Positions 23,330 to 32,610 of a stretch of 64,000 nt of DNA are shown in pieces. Source of the stretch: Pristiophorus japonicus (Eukaryota); assembly GCF_044704955.1 (NCBI RefSeq), contig NC_091994.1, positions 87,110,001 to 87,174,000 on the forward strand. Direction: 5' to 3'. Position 1 is the first letter of the stretch. Each line of letters starts with the position of its first letter. The notes under the pieces are model-generated. The model saw only the letters and a program-made list of their open reading frames with translations, was not told the DNA's origin and searched no databases. The position numbers and the translations under genes are program-made.

Positions 23330-24118
23330 TTAATCAGAAGGCTATGGGTTCAAGTCCCACTCCAGGACTTGAGCACACACATCTAGGCTGACACTCCCAG
23401 TGCAGTGCTGAGGAAGCGCTGCACTGTCAGAGATGCCGTCTTTTGAATGAATCTTTAAACCGAGGCCCCCTCTGCCCCCTCAGGTGGATGCAAAAAATTC
23501 CATGGTACTATTTCGAAGAAGAGCAGGGGAGTTCTCCCCAATGTCGAGGGCCAATATCTATCCCTCAATCAGCATAACAAAAACAGATTATCTGGTCATT
23601 ATCACCTTGCTGTTTTTGGGAGCTTGCTGCGCGCACATTGACTGCTGCGTTTCTCACATTACAACAGTGACTACACTCCAAAAAGTACTTCATTCGCTTC
23701 TCGGCCTTTTGGCTAAGATCATGCGTAACTGACCTGACAGGGGAGTAGCCACCATGACCTCCGGGTGGTTCTCCCTGGATCAGGAAGGTATATGCTTGCT
23801 TTTTTGGAAACAGAAGGTGGGTGGGGTGGCTTGACCCATCCACCTCCACGGAGGTGTGTGGGGGACCTGACCTATCCACCTCCATGGCACGAACCTGGTA
23901 TTGCAGTACTTCCAGGAACGGTGCAGTGGCTCTAGGCCTTTTGGCGAAGAGCATTGGCGCAGAGTGATCCTTGGCGTGTGCAAGGTGACCTCTGGCGTTT
24001 GTGATTTGACAAAGAGTTGGAACGATTGGCTACGAATTTCAAAAAAAAAATTCGCTGTAAAGCACTTTGAGGCATATGGTGGTCGTGAAAGGCGCTATAT
24101 AAATCCAAGTCTTTCTTT
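23330..24118 (+). mobile_element. Deu-type tRNA SINE (SacSINE1-like), interrupted by the snRNA-derived insertion
   Basis: GGTTCAAGTCCC B box and colinearity with the uninterrupted copy at 52958-53375; resumes at 24051 with GCTGTAAAGCACTTTG...GGCGCTATATAAAT. Confidence 0.85.
23692..24056 (+). mobile_element. Chimeric U2/U1 snRNA-derived retroposed element (SINEU-like) with poly(A) and TSD
   Basis: 23694-23721 equals U2 nt 2-29; 23728-23784 resembles U1 nt 3-57; 23799-23925 resembles the U2 Sm site, SL III (twice) and SL IV; 23929-23953 is a second U2 5' end; A10 at 24041-24050; ATTCGCT on both sides. Confidence 0.88.
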
Positions 24119-24159
24119 GGTTGCTTTTAGATTTGGCAAAAGTGTAGCACTTTACTCAC

Positions 24160-24275
24160 CAGTAATAAGTCACCCTGCATTGGGTGCACATAATATAAGC
24201 GGTTTTTTGGCATATCTCACACTCCAGTTTGACGCCCTTGGGATTAGAAAGCGGATAAATAGAAGTACTGAGCAT
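24160..24275 (-). CDS. ZMYND12: Zinc finger MYND domain-containing protein 12, exon 1
   Basis: MLSTSIYPLSNPKGVKLECEICQKTAYIMCTQCRVTYY(C), the start of the MYND finger; gtgagt donor; 116 nt, phase 2. Confidence 0.95.
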
Positions 24276-24608
24276 TTTGGTGTCCAGGAAGGTCCGTCCT
24301 TACTTGAAAGCCTCTCAAATACTGCGGTTACTAGGGACTTCTGGCCTGTTGCTAAGGACTCTGACTTCTGAACCCACAGCCTGTTGCACTTCTGATTGCT
24401 TCCCCCAGCAGACGTGTCACATCACAAACCGGAGCTAAATATAAATGAATAGAAAAATCGAACGATTTAAATATCAAAGTGTCCTTTGTATGATTTTTTT
24501 GAAAAAGCTGGCAATCAATTATTGCGGGCTGAGAACGATTGTTTATGCTGGGCAGACCCGGGTGGACGGGTCGGGACCCGGACGCTAATTGAGGGGGGAC
24601 CAGTTGTT
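24276..24608. promoter_or_regulatory. Bidirectional promoter ZMYND12/PPCS with two RFX X-box-like motifs
   Basis: 333 bp between divergent ATGs; GTTACTAGGGAC at 24327-24338 and GTTGCTAAGGAC at 24348-24359; CpG-rich PPCS exon 1 adjacent. Confidence 0.75.
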
Positions 24609-25137
24609 ATGGCGGCGGCGGAGTGCGAGCCGGAGTGGAGCGGCTTTTTCTCGGACTGCGTGCCACCACCCAATGCCGACCTCTCGTCGCAGGCAATGGC
24701 CGAGTTCGCGGTGCGGCACGCCGAGCAAGGCCGCAGGGTGGTGCTGGTGACCTCGGGCGGCACCAAAGTGCCGCTGGAGTCGCGGACCGTGCGCTTCCTG
24801 GACAACTTCAGCAGCGGCTGGCGCGGCGCCGTGTCGGCCGAGTATTTCCTGGACCTGGGCTACGCCGTGATCTTCCTGCACCGCCACCGCTCGCTCTACC
24901 CTTTCTCCCGGCGCTACTCCGGCCTCAACATGTTGGACGCGCTGCAGGCCGTGCTGGACGTCGGGACCACCCGCTGGCGGGTGGAAGCCGACCAGGCGGT
25001 GCTGCCCGACATCGTGCCAGTGCTGCAGCGCTACATGGCCGTGCGAGAAGCCGGCACGCTGCTGCCCGTGGAATTCAACACCTTGTCCGACTATCTGTAC
25101 CTACTGAGGGCGGCGGCTCAGGCGCTCAACTGCATCG
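24609..25137 (+). CDS. PPCS: Phosphopantothenate--cysteine ligase, exon 1
   Basis: VVLVTSGGTKVPLE..VRFLDNFSSG..YAVIFLHR; ATG at 24609 in GTTATGG context; donor gtacag, phase 1. Confidence 0.96.
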
Positions 25138-25284
25138 GTACAGAAATAATCTCATACGTTTAATGTTGACAGCGTTACTAAGATTTCAGTTAAGTGTAAT
25201 TTTCAAATGCAAGATGCGTATTGTATATTTTGAACAGAATCTGCCACTGGCCTCCAATTAAGTATTAGGAAGATCGAAAGCATT

Positions 25285-26186
25285 AGCTTCGGTCCCTGCC
25301 ACAAACTCCGTTCCCTAGCCACTGACTCCATCCCTCTCCCCAACTTCTGCCTGAGGCTGAACCAGGCTGTTCTCAACCTTGGTGTCTTATTCGACCCCGA
25401 GATGAGCTTCCGACCACATCACCAATACCGCTTACTTCCACCTCCATTACATCGCCAGACTCTGCCCCGGCCTCAGCTCATCTGCTGAAACCCTCATTCA
25501 TGCCTTTGTTACCTCTAGACTCAACTATTCTAACGCACTACTATCCTCCATAAACTTGAGCTCATCCAAAACTCTGCTGCCCCTATCCTAACTCTCAGCA
25601 AGTCTCGTTCACCCATCATAGCTGTGCTCACTGACCTACATTGGCTCCCCATCGACCAACACCTCAATTTTAAAATTCTCATCCTCGTTTTCAAATCCAT
25701 GGCCTCACCCTTTCCTAGCTCTGTATTCTTCTTCAGACCTACTAAGCTGCACAGCCTGCCTCCCCTAATAGATGGCCCATTCAAATTTATGTGTATGTGG
25801 GGTATGTACAATGAAAAAGCCGGTGAGCGGCCTGTGGGGAACTTTGCAGATGAGGGCACAGCCGCGCAACTAAACGGGAACATTGCCTTTAACCTCTAAG
25901 ATCTCTGCTCCAATTCTGGTTTCTTGCACGCCCCCTTTTTCAATCGCTCTATCACTGGAGGCTATGCTTTCAGCTGCCTCGGCCCAAAACTCTGGAATTC
26001 TCCCCCGCCCCAAATCACTCCACCCCTCTTTCCTCCTTTAAGATGCTCCTTAAAACCTACCTCTTTGACCAGGCTTTTGGTCATCTATCTTATGTGGCTT
26101 AGTGTCAAATTTTGTTTGATAATGCTCCTATGAAGCACCTTTGGCCGTTTAACGATATTAAAGGCACTATATAAATACAAGCTGTT
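25285..26186 (+). mobile_element. L2 3' part with a short unrelated insert (~25755-25890)
   Basis: LTDLHWLPIDQHLNFKILILVFKS; L2 tail near 26165-26186. Confidence 0.85.
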
Positions 26187-26439
26187 GGGAAGAAGAGTGA
26201 TAACTGATCTGTGTAAACTTTTGTACACAGGATGTTAAAATCGGGTGCCATATGTACTCCATAACAAATTTTGAAATAGGTACGGGTAGAATTGAAAGAG
26301 ATCGGGGTGTTAGCCCAGTCACTGTATAGTGCTCTGATCAGACTGTACCTTGAATAATGTGCCCAGTTCTGCTCATTGAGAAAGAAACAAGGGAGCTGGA
26401 GGCAGCTCTCACAAAAGCCACAAGACTGATCTTTTGTTT

Positions 26440-28170
26440 TTTTTATTCATTCACGTGATGTGGGCATGCTGGGAAGGCCACCATTTATTGTAATCCCACA
26501 GTGCTGTTAGGAAGGGAGTTCCAGGATTTTGACCCAGCAACAATGAACGGCTATATATTTCCAAGTCAGGATGGTGTGTGACTTGCTTTTTGTGGACAGG
26601 ACATACCTGGGCAATTTTCCACTTTGTTGAGTTGATGCCAGTGTTCTAGCTGTACTGGAACAGCTTGGCTAGAGGCGCGGCTAGTTCTGGAGCACTGCGG
26701 TCGGGATGTTGTCGGGGCCCATAGCCTTTGCTGTATCCTGTGCGTTCAGCCATTTATTGATATTATGTGGAGTGAATCAAATTACCTGAAGACTGGATTC
26801 TGTGATGGAGGGGACCTCCACTTGGTGCTGCTGGCTAAAGGTGATTGCAACTGCTTCAGTCTTGTCTTTTGCACTCACATGCTGGGCACCGCCATTTTTG
26901 AGGATAGGGATGTTCATGGAGCCCCCTCCTCCCGTTAATTGTTTAATTGTCCACCACCATTCATGACTGGATGTGGCAGGATTGTGGAGCTTTGATCTGA
27001 TCCGTTGATTGTAGGATCGCTTAGCTCTGTTTATAGCATGCTGTTCTGTTTAGCATGCATGAAGCTACAACACAGGACTACATCAGGTTAGCACTTCATT
27101 TTTAGGTACTCCTGATGCTGCTCCTGGCATGCTCTTCTACATTCCTCATTGAACCAGGATTGGTCCCCTGGCTTGATGGTAATGGTAGTGTGAGGGATAT
27201 GCCGGGCCATGAGGTTACAGATTGTGGTGGAATACAATTCTGCTAATTCTGATGGCTCATAGCACCTCATGGATGCCCAGTTTTGAGCTGCTAGATCTGT
27301 TCTGAATCTATCCCATTTAGCACGGTGGTACTGCCACACAACACGATGGAGGGGTGTGAAGACAAGTTCTGTGCGGTAGTCACTCCTACCAATACTGTCA
27401 TGGACAATTGCATCTGCGACAGGTAGATTGGTGAGGACGAGGTCAAGTAGGTTTTTCCCTCATTTTGGTTCTCTCACCACCTGCTGCAAACCCAGTCTCT
27501 CAGCTATGTCCTTCAGAACTCAGCCAGCAGTCTGTAGTGGTGCTACTGAGTCAGTCTTGGTGATGAACATTGAAGGATCTTGCTGCTCTCAGTGCTTCCT
27601 CCAAGTGGTGTTAAATATGGAGGAGTACGGATTCATCAGCTGAAGGAGAGCGGTAGGGGGTAATCAGCAGGAGGTTTCCTTGCCTATATTTGACCTGATG
27701 CCATGAGACTTCATGGTGTCTGGAGTCAATGTTGAGGACTCCCAGGGCCACTCCCTCCTTCCTCTATGCTGCCACAGGTGGGACAGGACATACCCAGAGA
27801 TGGTGATGGAGGAGTTTGGGACATTGGCTGAAAGGTATGATTCTATGAGAATGACTATGGCAGGCTGTTGCTTGACTACTTTGTGGGACAGCCCGGATGT
27901 TAGTGAGGAGAACTTTGCAGGGAGGACTGGGGTGGGTGTGCTTTTGTCTTGTTTGGTGCTGAGGTCAATGCCGGATGGTCGGTCTGGGTTGATTCTTAGC
28001 ATTCCTTTGTAGTGGGTTGGTACAACTGAGTGGCCATTTCAGAGGGCAGTTAAGAGTCAACCAAATTGCTGTGGGTCTGGAGTCACATATAAGCCAGACC
28101 AGATAAAGGGCATTAGTGAACGAGATGGGTTTTTACAACACCATTACTGATACTAGCTTTCCCAGTATGT
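26440..28170 (-). mobile_element. Deleted copy of the second CR1/L2-group LINE family
   Basis: WQYHRAKWDRFRTDLAAQNWASMR, also encoded at about 5330-5400 on the plus strand. Confidence 0.85.
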
Positions 28171-28319
28171 CAGTGGACTGAGTTACAAGGAAATACTCAG
28201 CCTGAAAAGGTAAATCTGAACACCAGTGCAGGCTAAACTGATAGTACGGCAAAGGGCACAAATTCAAGTTCGTTAAAGGCAAATTTAGGACTGATTTCAA
28301 TAGGTTCTTCACACACACA

Positions 28320-28941
28320 GGGCTGGATTTTAGGCTTTTGTTTTTGGGCCGGAAACGGAGGCGGGGTGGGAAAGTTACCTGCCGGGAATAGTTTGCGCTT
28401 TGGAAAGGAAGTTTCGGCATCTGGGCCCAGCGTTAAGGGAGCTGTTGTACATTTTTCATGGCGCAAGGATGGGAAACTTGTGAACGTGCAAGGATTGTGA
28501 ACTAAAGTGCCGGGCCGCGTGTGCTCCGAGAGAGGCCTGTGGGTGGGAGGGAAACCTTTTTTAAAAAAAAAAACAATCCCAAAACATTGCCCATGCCACC
28601 ACAGCACAAATCATTAAAAAAATTAAAAGAACAAACACTCTCACTGACCTTCGGAATACTTTACCTTCCTCTGTGCCGCCGGCTATGCTGGACCACACTG
28701 ATTTCCCAGGTGGTCATTGCGGGCACACTTCTGGTCGGACGGATTGGGGAAAAGTTAAAACTACTGCCGGTGTCGCAACCAGAGGCGTTGCATACCCGGC
28801 GCAGCTCTTCCTGGGTGTGCTGCTCAGCGCCGCCACAAAACTGGACCGGGGGGTCGTGACAGGGCGCAGGAGATCTCAACGTCGCCTTTCACGCTGCTCC
28901 AGGGCAAAACCCGGAGCACAAAGGGCCGGAAAATCCAGCGG
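28320..28941. mobile_element. Harbinger-like MITE
   Basis: Imperfect TIRs GGGCTGGATTTT and AAAATCCAGCGG; CpG-rich interior. Confidence 0.6.
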
Positions 28942-29167
28942 ATAGTATTTAGTGTGGAATGGACTTATGGGTAGTGTAGTGAGGGAAAACATTGGAATAA
29001 TTTAATAAACATTGAGGGAGATGTAGGTTCTTTGTGGATGAGCTTTCCTCATCTTCTGGAACTGTGGAAAACCGCCAAAAGCACAATTATAGATTCTGCC
29101 CTTCAACAAGCGCTTTCAACATAGTAAAACCTCCTAAAGCGCTTCACAGGAGCATTTTGAGCCAAAT

Positions 29168-29729
29168 CATCATCATCATAGGCAGTCCCTCAAAATTGAG
29201 GAAGACTTGCTTTCACTCTAAAAGTGAATTCTCAGGTGACTGAATAGTCCAATACGGGAATTACAGTCTCTGTCACAGGTGGGACAGACAGTTGTTGAAG
29301 GAAAGGGTGGGTGGGGAGTCTGGTTTGCCTCCACGAGACTCGAGGTGCTCAGCGCCCTCCCGGATGCTCTTCCTCCACTTGGGGGTGTTGCACTTTGTCA
29401 AGGAGGCTTTGAGGGTGTCCTTGAAACGTTTCCTCTGCCCACTTGGGGATCGCCTGCCGTGTAGGAGTTCCGAATAGAGCGCTTGCTTTGGGAGTCTTGT
29501 GTCGGGCATGTGGACAATGTGGCCCGCCCAACAGAGCTGGTCGAGTGTGGTCAGTGCTTTGATGCTGGGGATGTTGGCCTGATTGAGAACACTGACATTG
29601 GCGCGTCTATCCTCCCAGGGGATTTGCAGGATCTTGCAGAGGTTGTAGTGATACCCGCCCTCTTGGATGGCTTAGAGACGTGGACCATATACAGTAGACA
29701 CCTCAAGTCACTGGAGAAATACCACCAAC
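29168..29729 (-). mobile_element. RTE LINE, 5'-truncated with 5' inversion
   Basis: (CAT)n tail at 29168; minus-strand MPDTRLPKQALYSEL; plus-strand VVIPALLDGLETWTIYSRHLKSLEKYHQ at about 29643-29729; TSD TGAGCCAAAT. Confidence 0.9.
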
Positions 29730-30726
29730 TGAGCCAAATACGCAGATATTGAGACAGGTGACCAAAAGCTTGGTGAGAGAGAGAAGCTTTAAGGATCATC
29801 TTAAAGGAGGAAAGAGACGTTGAGAGGCTTGGTTTATCCGAAAAGTATAGTTTGAGCTGTGTAGTGCTGGTGGTAACAAACCTAATGGGATTGGGACAAT
29901 TTGAGGTGTTGAATTAAAAGTGTATTAAGCATTAAATTATGTTGGCTAATGTGTAATTTTTCAATACAAGTCTCCCAATGCACTATATTTATACCTGGGG
30001 AAGAAGTGCAACTGCATGTCACTCGTCATATGAGGTGCAAAGAACATGAAGTTTTCCTGTTGCGGTGTTGTATTTTGATGTGAAATACATCTCTGCCTTG
30101 AGTGTTTTGCAAAGAAATGTTTTGCAAACTTCAACAGCTGAAAGCTGATTGCTCTATTCAGATTTGCATATGGTGTATTGTGATCTGCACACAATTATAT
30201 AAACTGGGCGATTAACTTTCATAAGGTGTTCATTACAAATGGAAAATATATTTAGCCTCATTAGCAGATGCAATGTTATTTTAGTGCAGTCACATTTTTT
30301 ATTCATTCATGGTGTGGACGTCACTGGCAAGGCCAGCATTTATTGCCCATCCCTAATTGCCCTTGAGACGGTGGTAGTGTCCGGTTCATTCTAGCCAGAA
30401 GTGATTGAAACTTTTTACCTCACTATATAATTTTCAGTATTTGGTGTTGGTAGAGGCTAGGTGTCTGACATTGAGCTAGGTGGGCTGATTCTGAAAAAGA
30501 GGGCTAGGCAGAGAACAAATGCTCGTAACTGTTACGTAATTGGTTCTGTTTATTCAGTAGAATGAAGAAGAATTTCTGCACTGCTGTGCTCGATACTAAG
30601 ATTTACAAGTCAGATTACTCACTGGACAGGGAAATTTATTGGATAACTTAAGTACGTGGTGTACATTTTTATATCTACAGGGCGTTGTTTATAAAGTAAG
30701 TAATTTGTAACTGTTATGTTCTGCAG

Positions 30727-30830
30727 GGCCAAAAGCCATGTTCTACCTCGCAGCAGCCGTGTCTGATTTCTTCATTCCTGCCTCTGAGATGCCAGAACAC
30801 AAAATCCAATCGGGTGTTAGCCCTCTGCAG
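30727..30830 (+). CDS. PPCS: Phosphopantothenate--cysteine ligase, exon 2
   Basis: (G)PKAMFYLAAAVSDFFIPASEMPEHKIQSGVSPLQ; ctgcag and gtgagc boundaries; 104 nt. Confidence 0.96.
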
Positions 30831-31131
30831 GTGAGCGAGAGGCGGACTCCCCTTGGAGAGCAGTGTTATGAGCAATGTTTTGTTTAACCATGAGTGGCAA
30901 GACCTCCCTTCCCCATGCCCTCTGGTTAAAACTGTCCGTTTGGTTTAAATTTGTGCCATTTTCCATTTCCAGTTGGGACTGCCACTTTTAAATTTGTTAT
31001 TTTAAAGTTAGTGATTTTTTTTTAAAGCTAAAACACAGTGGGTTTTCTTGGGGAAAGTGTTGTAAATGTATGCATATATGATGTCAGCTTTCTTTTGTAG
31101 TTTATTGAATGTCAGAATATGTTTTTTCTAG

Positions 31132-31464
31132 CTAACTATGCAGATGGTTCCCAAGATGCTTGCTCCTCTTGTGAAGGACTGGGCTCCTCAGGCGTTTGTC
31201 ACATCTTTCAAGTTGGAGACTGATCCTTCACAGCTGGTTGCTCGAGCACGTAAAGCTTTAGCAACGTACAGACATCAGGTTGTGGTTGCCAATGCCCTTG
31301 AAACGCGGAGGATGTTTGTTGTCATAGTAACCAAGGACTCACAGATTGATCTGGCGCTTTCAGAGAATGAAGTGAAGCAACACCATGAAATCGAAGAGAA
31401 GATTGTGAAACACTTGAGTGAATGTCACACTAATTTTATAGAAAAGAGCAACAATCCTGAATAG
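31132..31464 (+). CDS. PPCS: Phosphopantothenate--cysteine ligase, exon 3 (stop)
   Basis: LTMQMVPKMLAPLVKDWAPQAFVTSFKLETD..HQVVVANAL..EIEEKIV; ttttttctag acceptor; total 321 aa. Confidence 0.96.
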   Translation, partial: LTMQMVPKMLAPLVKDWAPQAFVTSFKLETDPSQLVARARKALATYRHQVVVANALETRRMFVVIVTKDSQIDLALSENEVKQHHEIEEKIVKHLSECHTNFIEKSNNPE

Positions 31465-32104
31465 GTATTTTTTCATTATTTGAGATGAGTTACTGAGGAA
31501 TAATTGTATGACAAAGGAATATGATCTGTTGGAATGCTACTTTAAAAAAAAATGAAACCTTGCGAGTGTGAACAAAGCCAGCTGAGAAATCTGGCATTGT
31601 GCTTAAAGGTTTAAAAAAGAACAGAAGCACTAATGTATGTGATCAGAGCCAAATCTAAACTTCAAGCTTCTGACTGCATTCAAACTTCCTCCTTGAGCCA
31701 TCAATGGACTGATAAAAGGCATGTGTGACATGTAATGGGAAACAAGCAGAACTTTTCTGTGACTGTCAAAGGCACATAATTGCAACATTATCAGTGATGG
31801 CACTTGGCATGGTGTGATTATTTATCTATTCAATCTCTAGTGTCTTTTGAAACGGTTTCTGGTGCAGGTGGTTGAAGGATTAAATAATTGCAGCTGGAAG
31901 TTTTTACTTTCAGTACTATTTCATGGGTCTGGGCAAGGTAAAAATACTCCAGCATTATTGGAAAAGGGTAAAATTATTATCAATATAGTTGGTGAATTTA
32001 CTGGATAATACAAGCTGTGAACAAACTAGAGCAAAACTTTATAGCACAAATCTTGAGTGATAGGTTTCACATATACCAATCAGAGAAAGTTGTAGAGATC
32101 ACTG

Positions 32105-32144
32105 AATAAAAACAATAGATATCTTGATCCTGACTTGAAATAAA
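32105..32144 (+). terminator. Candidate PPCS polyadenylation signals
   Basis: AATAAA at 32105-32110 and 32139-32144 after about 640 nt of repeat-free sequence downstream of the stop codon. Confidence 0.55.
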
Positions 32145-32610
32145 ATGCAATGATATACATTAATTCTTTGCCATTTTGTAATTTCCCTCCTGCCATTGTA
32201 ATCATACATTGCCATTTCACCTCAGTACATTTACATGGATAAGACACCTAGTTGTAGTAAATGTTCATTCAATTCAGTAGGGTGGGATTAAACCATCCCT
32301 GCATATTCATTCCTTTCTTCCCTTCTCGTCTGTAGGGGCTGATTCTCGCTACGGCAACAGCCATCCTCATTCATTGAGCCTAAAATGTGAATGTTGGTAA
32401 CCAAGTCCGATCCTTTACTTGCAAAGCTCACACACACACTTTCATTCAAAAACCACGGAAATCAAATTATAACATGGGTACTGCTGCCCTGGCTGAATAA
32501 GCAAACTTAGCACAGGCCAGGAATTGACCCTGCAACCTTCTCGACTGTATGCCCAGATCAGTGGTTCAAATCTTTGGGGGTTGAAAGACCCCCATTTCAA
32601 ATTGCTTTGT

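Noticed and set aside
23694-23925. Functional U2 or U1 snRNA gene
   Set aside because: The branch-point recognition region and stem II are missing, U1 is only partial, and the sequence has poly(A) plus a TSD and interrupts a SINE, so no snRNA promoter lies upstream.
23957-23998. SECIS element
   Set aside because: The upper helix is only 5 bp, there is no apical AAR, and it is not in the 3'UTR of a selenoprotein gene.
24486-24608. N-terminal extension of PPCS suggested by the ORF track
   Set aside because: It starts at TTG, crosses the promoter and has no PPCS similarity; the ATG at 24609 fits.
24515-25261. Overlapping ORFs 24623..25261 (+), 24515..24805 (-) and 24585..24887 (-)
   Set aside because: Shadow ORFs of the GC-rich PPCS exon 1.
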